DNA of 64,000 nucleotides from Octopus sinensis. Its lineage: Eukaryota. A program made the translations under genes and the position numbers. The notes under the pieces were generated by a model. The model was not told where the DNA came from, did no database searches, and worked only from the letters and a program-made list of their open reading frames with translations. How positions within the stretch are numbered: the stretch's first letter is position 1; each line of letters opens with the position of its first letter. Below, piece after piece: positions 23,496-36,364 of the stretch. The stretch is taken from positions 30,318,001 to 30,382,000 of the forward strand of contig NC_043005.1 of assembly GCF_006345805.1 (NCBI RefSeq). Direction: 5' to 3'.

Positions 23496-24499
23496 TATAT
23501 TTGGTTTAACCTCAGTTAGTCACATAAGTCACTATACAGGTACAGAAAAAAAGGCATGATTGATACAAAATCCTATTTTCTTCTTTAATCAGCAGCAGGT
23601 TTTAATAAATCCTAATATATTTATTTCCTTTTCATATTTGGTTTCGCAAAATTCTTGCTGTGAAATCATGAGTTGAAACAGATTTTGTTGTCAATAACAA
23701 GCACACACACTGGTTGTATTTCACTTCTTTTATTATTATTGATCAACTTAACCATTTTACCAATTAACTAATCGATTATTTGATTAATTGTTCAATCAGT
23801 CTGTTCAGTTTATCATAGTCCTTTTGCCATCATCCTGACCTTATTATTGACATGCTCTCACGACTCCAGGTCTGCTCCAGGACCAGGAACAAACCTGAAA
23901 TAGAGCGAGAGTACATAGTTTTCCCTCACTCTCTTCCCCCCCACACACACTCTCTCTCTCTCTCTCACACACATACACACACACACTAATATTTGTTAAT
24001 TGTATGCTGTGAGACATGTTTGATCTGTATGTTTCATACTTTGTGCAAAGCAGCCCTTCATAAAAAAAAACTAAAAAAAAACTACTAGTTTCTGTGGATT
24101 CTAAGTATTTGTTTTTTCCTTTGCAACTAACAACGTATAATAATTCACTTGTTATATTTACTAAAAAATCCTCAAAAGTCATGGGCGTGTCCCCTCCTCT
24201 CAAAGTAAAATAAAAGGCCTGACTACAAAAACAGCAATGTTGTTGAGTAAGTGATGAATGTGTATTGTGATTTGTCTAATTACTACAAAACAACCAATAT
24301 GCAATCAATAGGTTCATTCTTTAGTATCGTTAAACAATGTAGAAATGTAACCTTGTGCTAAATTAATTTTCATTAATGCTGTGAAGTTGCATACACAAGT
24401 GATGGTCAGCATATCAGTTCATGTAGTTAATTCAATCATCTCAACCATTCCCACCCATTAAGTAAGTAAACTTCCCACCCATTAAATAAACTTTGTCGT

Positions 24500-24714
24500 T
24501 GTCTTCATAATCATCATCATCATCATCAACACCATCATCATCAGCAGCAGCAGCAACATCACCATAACCATAATTGTCACCATTGTCATCATCATCATCA
24601 TCATCATGATCATCACCATCGTTGCCATCATCATCATCAGCATTGCCATCATCTTCACTATCATCATCATCATAATCATCATCATTATTATCGTCATCAC
24701 CATCATCGCCGTCG

Positions 24715-24767
<53 letters not shown>

Positions 24768-24850
24768 GCCATCATCGTCATCATCGTCATCGTCGTTGTT
24801 ATCATCATCATCATCATCATCATCATCATCGTTCTATTGTCATCATCGTT
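24500..24850. repeat. Long imperfect (ATC)n trinucleotide tract
   Basis: About 350 bp; explains the poly-M/poly-I ORFs. Confidence 0.95.
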
Positions 24851-25159
24851 TTATTGTCTACTTTTCCATGTTTATTTATGTCAACAAACAGTATTTGTTG
24901 ATGCAGATTTCTCTATGGCTAGATTGTCTTCCTGTTGCCAACTCTTACCTTGCTTGGAAACCAGCAACTCAAAAGTTCCCTCCTTTAGGTTTTCACAGAA
25001 AGTTACAAACACACAACATTACTTGTATGACATTCATTTTACAATCATCATGCCATAACAAGGCAACGAACACACACACACACACACACACATCTGTGTG
25101 TGTGTATGTGTATGAATGTATGTGTATTTGTGTTTGTCTATATTATAATAATTATCATA

Positions 25160-25352
25160 TTCGCCATGGATAGATTGCTAGCCACTACACATTCTTTATT
25201 TTCTCTCCTTGTTTCTTTCTGTGTTCCTTTCTGTGGAAGAGCATAGGCTCGAAACGTTAGAGACTTTTTCACTTCCTGAGCATTATACTAATACATCTGT
25301 TTGTTGTCTAAACCGCCTGTCTTCGTCTTTTTTTTTTTTGTGAATTCTCCTA
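25160..25352 (+). mobile_element. Short repeat family B (Penelope pLTR-like), ends in (TA)n
   Basis: Homologous to 11190-11380 (+), 3070-3250 (+) and 4126-4195 (-); carries a hammerhead-like motif. Confidence 0.6.
25227..25262 (+). ncRNA. Minimal hammerhead-like motif, family B (non-canonical core)
   Basis: CTTT-CTGTGGA-A-GAGC-ATAG-GCTC-GAAA-CG-TT-AGAG. Confidence 0.45.
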
Positions 25353-25528
<176 letters not shown>

Positions 25529-25728
25529 CTGGAGTAAGCACATAAATGTGAAACAAGGTGGAAAAAAAAGAGTACTTAAATACCAGAAGTAGAGTAATAT
25601 GCTTTATTTAAAAGTACCAGAAATATAACAAAAACTGTTACTCAGAGTTTCACGTTCCTGTTCGTCGAACGGGAACGTGAAACTCTAAGTAAAAGATTTT
25701 GTTATATTTCTGCTACTTTTAAATAAAG
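25529..25728 (-). mobile_element. Family C copy with fold-back inversion (63-bp arms)
   Basis: Arms 25602-25664 and 25666-25728, 5 mismatches, single-T centre. Confidence 0.75.
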
Positions 25729-26265
25729 TGTATCATCATCATCATCTTCACTGTTTAACGTCCGCTTTCCATACTAGCATGGGTTTGACTGAGGGATTTT
25801 AAGTCATTAATTAAGGTTTTTAAGAAAAGGTATTTTATTGATGAACGTTCTTTGTAATCTTTCAATTTCTTCTGATGAGATCAGTTGAGTTAAGAGACCA
25901 AAGCTGTGAGCCAGTAATCTAATCTGCTCAGGACTTGGATTTTCCACTGGCATTTACGTATTTTGTCCGAGGTGTTAAGGTGCACTAACATGTGTAGACA
26001 TACAACATAGCTGCACACACATATACAACTCGTACGTACATCTACATATACACACACACATGACACATTACACACACATACAACGCACACGGGCATACGC
26101 AGATAAGCACTACAAAAGAATTTTCTTATTGAAGGGACGTAACTCTGATGTTAGAAAAATCTCTGAACAGAGTAATTTCCCTTGTTTTTTCTAAATAGAT
26201 AAGTTGCCGCATATTTATACATTTGGTCGTTGTTTCAGTTTTATTATCATTATTATTATTATTAA

Positions 26266-26476
26266 GGGGGTACAGTGGCAGAATCGTTAGCGCGCCAGAC
26301 CAAGTGCTTCGTGGTATTTCGTCTCTCCTCAAATTCTGAGTTCAAATTCTGCCGAGATCGAGTTTGCTTTTCATTCTTTCGGGGTCGATAAATTAAGCAC
26401 CAGTGAAACACTGGGGTTGAAGTAAGCGACTAGTCCGCTCCCCCAAAATCGCTATCCTTGAGGCAAAATTGGAAAA

Positions 26477-26536
<60 letters not shown>

Positions 26537-26750
26537 GGCAGCGAGCTGGCAGAATTGTTAGTATGCTGGGCAAAGTGCTTAGTGTTATTTCGTCTACTGC
26601 TACGTTCAGAGTTCAAATTCCGCCGAGGTCGACTTAGTCTTTCATCCTTTCAGGGTTGATTAAATAAGTACAAGTTGAACACTACGGTCAATGTAATCGA
26701 CTGTCCCCCTCCCCCAAATTTCAGGCCTTGTGCCTATAATAGAAAGGATT
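26266..26750 (+). mobile_element. Two tandem family 1 SINEs separated by (TAT)n
   Basis: Copies start at 26266 and 26537. Confidence 0.85.
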
Positions 26751-26779
26751 ATTATTATCGTTGCTGTTGTTGTTGTTAT

Positions 26780-27025
26780 TATGGTTTGGCTCAGGTTCGG
26801 TCTTATTCCTGGTAGGATTTATATGGATAGTGGGTTACTACTTCTAACCTTAGATATCCACACATTTACAACAGTCTTTCAAATGCTTTAGAACCCTCCT
26901 GACATTCCTTGCTGTCCCTAAGAGGAGTTCTACTGGGCATTCTGTTCCAATCTCCTTCAGCCAATTTCGTCTATATCTTTGCTTATTGTTCCCAGCACAC
27001 CAATTATTATAGGCACCACCTTTAC
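26780..27025 (-). mobile_element. R4/Dong-type LINE 3' end fragment
   Basis: VPIIIGVLGTISK..WLKEIG..LLGTARNVRRVL; ends at a (TAA)/(CAA)n tract. Confidence 0.65.
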
Positions 27026-27147
27026 TATTCGCTCCAAATTCTTCAAACTCTTTCATCACACCTCCTGTGGTTACTTCAGCAACTCTTTATCCCACATGTC
27101 TCCTATTTTTCTTCTTTGTTCTTTTTGTTTTTCAATATGTCTAACAT

Positions 27148-27550
27148 AGAAGGAGTTGCTGTGTGGTAAGTAGCTTGCTTACCAACCACATGGTCCTCGG
27201 TTCAGTCCCAATGCGTAGCACCTTTTCAGCAAGTGTCTTCTACTACAGCTTTGGGCCGACCAAAGCCTTGTGAGTGGATTTGGTAGACGGAAACTGGAAG
27301 AAGCCCATCGTATATGTGTATACATATGTGTATGTAAATGTGTATATATGTTTATGTCTGTTTGTCCTCCCAACATCGCTTGACAACCGATGCTGGTGTG
27401 TTTACGTCCCTGTAACTTAGTGGTTCGGCAAGAAAGACCGATAGAATAAGTACTAGGTTTACAAAGAATAGGTTCTGGAGACGATTTGCTCGACTAAAGG
27501 TAGTGCTCCAGCATGGCCACAGTCAAATGACTGAAACAAGTAAAAGAAAA
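27148..27550 (+). mobile_element. SINE family 2, full length
   Basis: Collinear with the other copies; partial copies near 12060-12240, 22705-22870, 38630-38770, 44620-44820, 45470-45610, 50700-50815, 57655-57815, 62750-62998. Confidence 0.85.
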
Positions 27551-30500
27551 TGGTAAGTAAACATGGTCACAATGGTACACCATCACTAATCCATCTCTTA
27601 GATTAAGATTGACCAGGTGGGGGTGGGGGTGGATGTCTAAATAATCACAATTATTTTCAAAGATAAATGAAACAAAAATACATACATAAAATGCAATTCC
27701 CTCTTTAAGCAGGTGCTAAGAACTTATTAGGTTGCTGTTTATCCCCAGTTTAACCTTGGTCTAGGAGTTTCATGATGAAAAGTATTCTAGTGGTGACAAA
27801 GTTTTTGTGCATTATGGACTGTTTTATCCAATGTCTCATTCATTGAAAGCAATAAAGTGAGGTTCAATAGGAAGTAAAGCTACTATTTCTAGCAGGTCAA
27901 ATGACTTCTCACATTGGCACAATGATAAAGCATTACTGGAAGGAGACATTGATAAGAGACATTAGCAGAAGGGGACAGTGATGGAAAGAGACATTAATGG
28001 AAAGAGACATTGATAGAAGGGGACATTTGTAGGCATATGAAATATTAACTTAACTTGACAAGAAATATAAATTACTCCTAAAACCTAAACTTAGAGCCAT
28101 ATATATATATATATATAATCAAAATAAGCAACAAGTATATCCAAGGTAGAGTAGTACAATTGTTTCATGCTACTTCATTTTATTAAACACTGTAAGTATT
28201 ACATCAGTTTTAAAATGTCAAGCAATCTTCAGCTACTTATAGAATTTTATAATTAAATGGTCAATGCACAGTCTTATCCCTATTTCATTTGCCAACATTA
28301 TAAAGAGGGTAGATATATAGACAGAGAGGTTGATTTCATTCTTAAGAACATGATAGTAGTATGTTTACTCTCCGTATGTATATTTTATCATTGAGTTCAC
28401 TTTGTTATATAGATCTGTCAGTGGGGAGGGGGTTTTATTCTTGGTTGAATGGAGCCAAACAAGAATTTTTTTCTATTTAGAGATATAGGAAGGGGTAGTA
28501 CAAATTTCAAAACCATAAACCCATACTGTCTCAAATATATAAAACATTCAAGAAGCTTAGCCATTAAGGTGCACCTAAGCACTGACATCCTTACCTGCAG
28601 TGATAAGCATATATGTACATTCATTTGCGTGTGCATACATGCATACAATGCATGCACACACACATATACAGATATTTCCATCCATCCATCCATCCATCCA
28701 TCCATACATACATCCATACATACATACATACATACATACAAACAAACAATTCTACACTGCAGCTGATGTCTAAATTCCAATAAAGCAATTTTGTTTCTAG
28801 GCTAAAACTGGTGAGAATTTTGAAAAATAAAGCCAGCAAAACAAACAGTAATGCAAACATATTGTCATATTTTCTACAATATAAATGCGAGTGTATATGG
28901 TTATGTATGTGTGTGTTTAGCCCAGAAAGGTTCTGAAATGGTGTAGCCTTGAAAAAAACAAATTTCATTTTCAAAATATGCATCCCAAAGAGAAGGTTGT
29001 CTGCAAATAATAACAAAAAAATATAATTTGTTACGAGAAATAATTCTACATTTAGAGTGACAACTTTTCCCTCTCTACTCTGCATGACACAAACAAGCTA
29101 TCTCTATTATTTATCCACTCTCTCTATGTATATATGAATTATTTCCCATGCATAGCTTTCATTTTGTTTAAAACTTTGTCTTCTAATGTTTACTTTCATT
29201 TTAACACAGCTATCATGTACAAATCCTATTTTCTGATTGGGTAAAAATGATCAAACTTTAAACCTCTGTAGCATTTTCCTAAAAGTTTTCTGGAATAAAT
29301 GAATCATAAAGTTGGATTCAGCATGAAAAAGTACATCAACATATCAAATTTGAAATTTTTTACTTGATTTAAAATTTTCAAAATCTGTCTATCTCTTAAA
29401 TTTTTCACTTTTCTTTTGGTAAACATTCCTTCTCTATTTATATCTACCACACTCTCCCTTACTCTCTATGAAAGTATATAGCTCACACAGTGTGTATGTG
29501 TTTGTCCATATGTTCGTGTGTGTGTGTGTGTGTGTGTGTGTATGAATGTGCAAAGAATTTCATTACAGTGGCAGATTTATTTTAATAGCATGCTTTTCTG
29601 CTAGTAAATATTTTTTCTTAGATATGCATGCACTCACTCACTCACACACACACACACACACATACACACATGCATGCACATACATGCACGCACACACACA
29701 CACACACTAACACATGTACACATACACACATGCATGCTCTCACACACATACACCCCCCTACACACACACTGGCTTGCTTGATACCGGGTGATGGATTAAA
29801 AATTTAAATTATCAAATTGTTTTGTTGTTGCTTAAATTCCAGCAATGGAACACTGCGTCATCAACCCATAAAATGTATTGATGGAAAGAAAAATATTGAT
29901 AAACATCAGGACATGTCAGAGTGACAAAGAAATTAGGAAAGTACCATGTGGTCGTGAGATGTGCTAGAAACAACAGCTAAATCTCCCTTAAACCACCTTT
30001 TTGCCAATAAGTTATTTTGAAATAACAAACAAAGACAAATTACATATTTGGGCAGTCCATATTTCAAAACTGATTAAATGAAAGCATCAAAAAAAGACGA
30101 AATTTTAGGATTTATTGGGAGATGGGGAATTAATGAAAAAGTCTTTTTAAATTTCACTATTGCTTTTAAATTAAATTTCGTTTTCTGTTTGAAAATAAAG
30201 GAATTGGGAATTGCCGTGTTAATCACTGATTCCCCAATTTTTCTTTTAAACTTTCAAGGTTTTTCCCATTGTTCGGGTGTAGTGCAAAAAACCAAAAAAA
30301 ATTGGCCTAAGTTGAGATAATACATAAATTTTCACAAGCTTTGTTTTCTTTTACTGTCAAGGCATCTGCCATTGTTTTTAAGTGTATAGTGCAAGTATAA
30401 AAAATAATTGTCATGAATTGTCAAAAATGTTTTTGCATGGGTATGGGGGAAAAAAGTTTGGAAAACCTCATCAAAATGGAGAGAATCCAACTTATGTAGT

Positions 30501-30557
30501 ATTCCAAGGTCTGCCAAGGCACTTTATGGTGAAATTAGAACGAGATACTCAACCAGT

Positions 30558-31305
30558 ATAATAATAATAATAATAATAATAATTGTGTACAGTGCTCAGG
30601 TGCACTACAACTCATCTAAAGTGTATATATAATCAGGTGTAGTTTCGGTGGATTTCGGAAAGCATGAGGGCCTTAAAGGATGCAGTGTCATGGCAGTCAA
30701 CAACTGATGCAGGCAGTTTATTCTATGCTTCAGCAACTCTGAGCGTGAAAAAATGTTTCCGAAAGTCATGGGAGCTGTGTTGTTTTCTGACTTTGTAGGC
30801 ATGTCCACGTGTGTTAGACACATGGAGATCAAAAAGGTGTTCAGTGTTGTTGTTGGTGAGGTGGTTGATAACTTTGTGGGTGTTTACCAAGTCCGTCGCC
30901 AGACGCCGGAGCTTCAGTGAATCCATGCCCAGGGAAACAAGGCACTCAGAATATGGTAGGTGTCTGATGGAAGGTATGCGTTTGGTTGCACGTCTCTGGA
31001 CAGTTTCCAGGAGGTCAATGTTCTGAGCAAGATAGGGGCTCCAAACTGATGATGCGAATTCCAAGTGTGGGCGTACCATAGCTGTATACAGTTTTAAATA
31101 GATGGCTGGAGAGCGGCTAACAAAAGTCTTGCTGAGTGATGCCAAGACACCCTCGGCCTTCTTGACGATTTTAGAGCTATGCTTTGTCCAACGCAAATCA
31201 CTGCTGACAGTGATGCCTAGGTCACGCTCGCAAGAGGATTTCTTGATATCAGTGTTGTGGAGGGAGTATGTGGACGCAGGGTTTTTTCTCCCAAAATGCA
31301 TGGTG
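30558..31305 (-). mobile_element. Second CR1-clade LINE copy (3' ~750 bp), inverted relative to the first
   Basis: About 98% identical to 10275-11020 by manual count; ORF 30723..31376; premature TAG; (ATT)n tail. Confidence 0.93.
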
Positions 31306-31702
31306 GTATATATATATATATATACATACATACATTCATATATATATATTATAGACATGCACACACACACATTCATGCATTACATACAATACATGTGTAC
31401 ATATGAACAACGTACATATGACAAACAACAGAAATCTCGATTAATACATAGATAGCTACAGTGATTGATAGGGAGAAAGCAATGGTTGCAGACAGACAGA
31501 AGAGAGAAAAGAGAAGAAAGGTGAAATAGAGAGTGTGTGTGAGAAAGAGAGGGTGAGAGAGAGAGAGAAAGAGAGAGGTATCAGCTTGAATTAATGTATA
31601 TATAAGAACAATAATGACACATGCTTTCTTCATTGAATGAGTTCATCTGAAACTGACCATAAATTAGGACACTGTCACTCATACACGCACACACCACACA
31701 CA

Positions 31703-31748
<46 letters not shown>

Positions 31749-32669
31749 TGTTACTGTTTTTGTTTCATAAGATTTGTTTATTCATTTTCTAGAATGTGTG
31801 ACTATCAGACATCTAAGAATGGAAAGATTGGTTGATGTTGGAACGGGGTGGGGGAGAGGGTTAATACTCAGGGACACCTGCTGCATAAAAACTTCTTAGT
31901 ACTCAGCTACAACATTTTTGATTAAAACTACTGCTTAGAGATGAGATCTCATAAGATTGAAACACATTCAGAGTCGTCACCCTTATTACTAAAGGCCATA
32001 CTCACACTTCACTACACTCAATAGATAATTAATATTAGTTAATTAAAATTTTGAGGTTGTTACTCTTATTTTTTTTAAACCAGAATTATATATTAAAAAA
32101 ACAGCTTTTCTCATCATTAAGGGTATAAATTTTAAATTAATTAAATTCCCTGGCCAACTACATCAAGCATGCTATCACACCTTCCTATATTTTTCAGAAG
32201 TAGAGTCTTTTTTTAAAATAAACTAAATGTCTAAGATTGATTTATTATTAACAATATTAAGTTTCACCAGGAACTGGATCTTTGGAACTGGGTCATCAAT
32301 TTATTCCTCAGCATGCCATTTGTGCCCCTATTCTCTGTTGTGAGGCCATGCATTAACCATCTTGATTAATAATTTATCTTTGATTAAATGCTTTTAATAT
32401 AACTCTTCAAATTTTGGTAAAAGGCCAGCAATTTTAGCAGGAAGGGGTTCAATCAGTTTCATTGGTCCTAGTGCTTAATTGGTATATATTCTATTGACCC
32501 CAAAAGGGTGAAGATTAAAGACAGCCTTGCCAGAATTTGAACTCAGAACATGAGAAGCCTGAAGAAAAATTGCAAAGCATTTTGTCCAATGCATTAAAGA
32601 AAGAAAGAAAAAACTGGTTTAATGGCAGAATAGGTTCTTTAGACCAATCTAATTCATTTATGCTAATTA

Positions 32670-33697
32670 TGAGGGGTACCCAAAAGAAACCGGAATTTTG
32701 CAATACTAGTTTATTCATTTAGTTTTACATGTTTACACTTTTATTGCCTTCAGAGTATTCTTCATTTGAAGCAACGCATCGATCCAGGCACATTTTCTAC
32801 TATTTAGAGCAATCCTGGAACTCTTGTGAAATGCTGCCTTTTAAGACCCACTAACATAGCTAGTATGTGCTGCCCAGGGTGGCCCTTCAGGTTGCTGAAA
32901 AAACACATATTGCCTACAGCAGACCTAAATGTATCACCACTTTAAAAGTGCCGCCTGGGATGGACAGTCCCTCGCTACCTTCCTCCCACCCCCAGCTACA
33001 CTAGTGTTAACACCTCTGTTTTTTTCTCCACATCTGCAAATTCCATAGCACCAGCTTTTGTCACCAGTGATGACCTTTGAAGAAAGATCCAGATCAACTT
33101 CCAACTTTTCTTTCAGTTCATAACACGCATTCACTCAAGACTGCTTTTCTTCTTCACGAACAAGCAAGACACAGATTTTGCTGCAACTCTTTTCATTTGC
33201 AATTCCTTGCTCAAAATTCATTGGCAGGAGCTCCAGAACACAGCAGTCATATCATCACATTTGTCAATTGTTTGGTGACGGTTCTCCAAGATCAGTTAAT
33301 GAAGTTTTATGATGTTTTCATTCATTTGGGAGGTCTTCAAGTGACAAATGACCATTCCTAAAGTGTGGAGATCACTCATAAACTTGTGCTTTGCTCATGA
33401 CAGTGTCCTTGCAAGCTGCTTGAAGCATGACAACTGTTTCGGCCACCAATTTTTCCCTAACAGAAAACAGAATTTTATGTTTTTCCTTTGTTTCAGCCAT
33501 TGCAAAAATCGATGAACAAGAGAAAAGCACTGCAAAACAAAGACACACCACATGGCAGTACAATATCACTTGACAACACCGGTCAGCAGACTGTAGCCTG
33601 AGGGTCACATCAAGTGCCTTCTAGTGGTGGAAGCCTGAACTACAAATGGCTTGTCCCACAGAGAATGTTTCCGGTTACTTTTGGGGGTACCCCATCG
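32670..33697 (-). mobile_element. Tc1/mariner element, internally deleted, TIRs and TA target sites
   Basis: TIRs TGAGGGGTACCCAAAAGAAACCGGAA (32670) and its reverse complement at 33669-33697, TA on both sides; transposase remnants ETVVMLQAAC.D.VMSKAQVYE, VITGDKSWCYG, CVASNEEYSEG. Confidence 0.88.
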
Positions 33698-34425
33698 TAT
33701 GTCCTTGAGAAAGGCATGAAGGACACATGCTGTTATTCCCCCATTATGTGAATCACTCACCAAATTCTGAAGTGAAAGAGTCTTTTATGAGAAACATTAG
33801 TATCTTAACATTTATAGTTTTGTAAGTTTACTTCAAGCAATCTCTTATCTGTTTGTATTAAATTTCGCATTGATTGATTAGAAGGAAGGGGGGAATGAGT
33901 CTGAGATGGAGAAATAGATAGCAAAGAGAAGGAGGGTGGGAGATAGAGAATGTGTTGCTAGTGCCCAATTTCATCCATCCATCAGCTATCAAAAACAGCT
34001 GGAATCCTCCATTTGCAAGATTTGGGGTTAATAATTGCTGGTGAGGCATCGCAGTACAACAGATGCTACTCATTTCTTTTTGTTTTTTTCTTTTTCTCCA
34101 ACTGAGCGGACCGGAGCAATGAAAAACGAAGTAACTTATCCAAGGACACATTGCATTGTTTAGGAATTGATCCCATGTCTTTACAAATGTGAGTCCAACA
34201 GTTTAACTATTGGGTCTTATATCTAAACAACACTATAATTCTTAATGGTAATGCCAGTGCTAATATACTTAATGTAATGAATCTGTAAAAACTAACACTT
34301 CCTTTTTTCTGAGCTGAGATTCAAAACCAAATCTAAGGATTCTCCTTTGTCTGATCCACCACCGGCCAAACAGGTGTGAAAGAAATTTCTTTGTCCTGTC
34401 AAAAAGTGATGGATGGATTTCTCTT

Positions 34426-34784
34426 TGACCTATGACCTGAGCCGTGTCATTTAAGGTTCAAGTGAACAGGAGGTGACCTACATACGTAGAAATTACTCCT
34501 ATGGTATATCTGTCCTTCTAGCTGTCATGACCATTATAAATACAGTCAGACATACAACAGAGGCAGATAGCCATCACCAGGTGAACTCTCAAGAGACAAG
34601 CAGACAGCCATCAAGTAACTTGCGGCAGTTAAGCAGCCAACAGAGAACCATGTATTCAGCATGAACGACACAACAAAGTAGCAGTTGCAGAACATAAACA
34701 GACCCCACTAAATGACCAACACACACAGAGACACAAACATATTTCCCCTGTTTATTTTCCTCTTCGCCAACTCGAAGCAAGTTG
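34426..34784 (+). promoter_or_regulatory. DR1 nuclear-receptor element, TATA box and candidate first exon
   Basis: TGACCT-A-TGACCT 34426-34438, extra TGACCT 34474-34479, TATAAATA 34535-34542, donor-like TTG|GTAATG at 34784/34785. Confidence 0.35.
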
Positions 34785-36364
34785 GTAATGTCATGTAGTG
34801 AATTTTCTGGTGTATATAACACGTAAATGCAAGAGTCAAATAAATTATTTAAACCACAATCTGATGCTTTCCCATTGTTTTACTTTGATGTTATCCACAT
34901 GTCTCTTTCATCTGCTACCTTGACATCTTTTGCTACACTCTTTCCCACTACAAATCAAAACATTAATCAAAATTACAATTGGAGTAATTTTATCATGTTG
35001 CGCTCCAGATGACTTATCATTTCAGGGGAGACATTTCTTTTAGATTAAACTTAGCTGAGAACTTTACATCAAAGAGTAAAGGACATACGAATTTGTCTTT
35101 TTTTTTTTCTTTCTATTTAATATAATCTTGTTAAAGTTTATCATTAGCTTAATGGTGTACATTACAAGTTCAAATTCCCTTCTTTTTGCAGTTTGGTCTA
35201 TAAATAAATAACTGTAACATACTATGTCAATATAATAAACCTTATGTTTTCTCTCTGTGAAATGGTTATGTGAGAAATCGATATATTGGTTCTTTGACTT
35301 TTGAAACTTAAAAATTAAGCCTGGGACAATGTGTAAACATTCAGCTAGCAATGACCTCAAAAAAACGAAACATCTATGAAATAAATTGATTTCTCTATTA
35401 ATAAATTGAGATTTAGCATATTGATCATAACACATTATCATAATATAAATAAGAGAAAAGAAGGAAATATGAAGAAAATTTTACTAAAATTACTGAGAAC
35501 TTAGCAATAAGACATGACAAATTATTTGGACTAAATTTTAAAAACATTTTGAGTCCCAATAAATAGCTTGCATGAATTCACTACCAGTAGATGTGTAACC
35601 AATGTGTGTTGTCTGAAAGGCAGCAAAAATAGTAAGAGACTGAAATGGAAAGTGTGTAGGGTCTAGTTATTTTTTGATATTCAGGTTTTACACAACCAGT
35701 TTCTGTAATGATGGAAATGTTTGCCAGTTACCTTGGCTGTTGAAGCTTCTACAAGTTCTAAATAAAGTTGGATACAGAATAGCCAAGTAGTTAAGACAAT
35801 GAGTTGAGATCTGCAGCAGATTTGAACCTACTACCTTAACTACTTTGTTATTTTGAAGCAGAGTACTTAATTCTGAAATAAGTCAGTCCTCTGGAATTGA
35901 TGTTGGAAAATCGGACACATTATGTATGCTATGAAAGTGAAACACTAGACCTTAAGATTTTTACTATGGAATACTAAATATATTTATATACATGTTTTCA
36001 AAACTAAATTTGTGATGGGCAAACAGAAACTGTAGTTTTTGTTCATCTATATTCTGAACTCAAAAATCTTTCTTGTGTTTGGGAGTCAACTTTACTTTTT
36101 CTATCTAGAAGACAATTAGAAGTACCAGTACTATTTTGGTTCCTAATTTAATCCAATATAGCCCTTTCTCTGATGAATTGCTGTTCTGGTTTTCTTTTCA
36201 AAGAAATCATGGAACCAGAAACAAGAAATTGATAAACATGTTAAAACTTTTAACATTTGCTAAAACGAAAAAAAAGTCAGGTGAAATAATAATAATTATT
36301 ATTATTATTATAACAGGGTTTTTTTCTTTTTTTTTTTAAACGGATGCTCATGTGTATGTACATA

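Noticed and set aside
24482-25058. Long poly-Met/poly-Ile ORFs, and similar poly-HT, YI, CV and D ORFs throughout
   Set aside because: Translations of (ATC)n, (CA)n, (TA)n and (GAT)n microsatellites with no splice or domain support.
31935-31975. Additional hammerhead (GAGATGA-GATC..GATT-GAAA-CACA-TT)
   Set aside because: Core positions 3-4 and stem I do not fit; too decayed to support.
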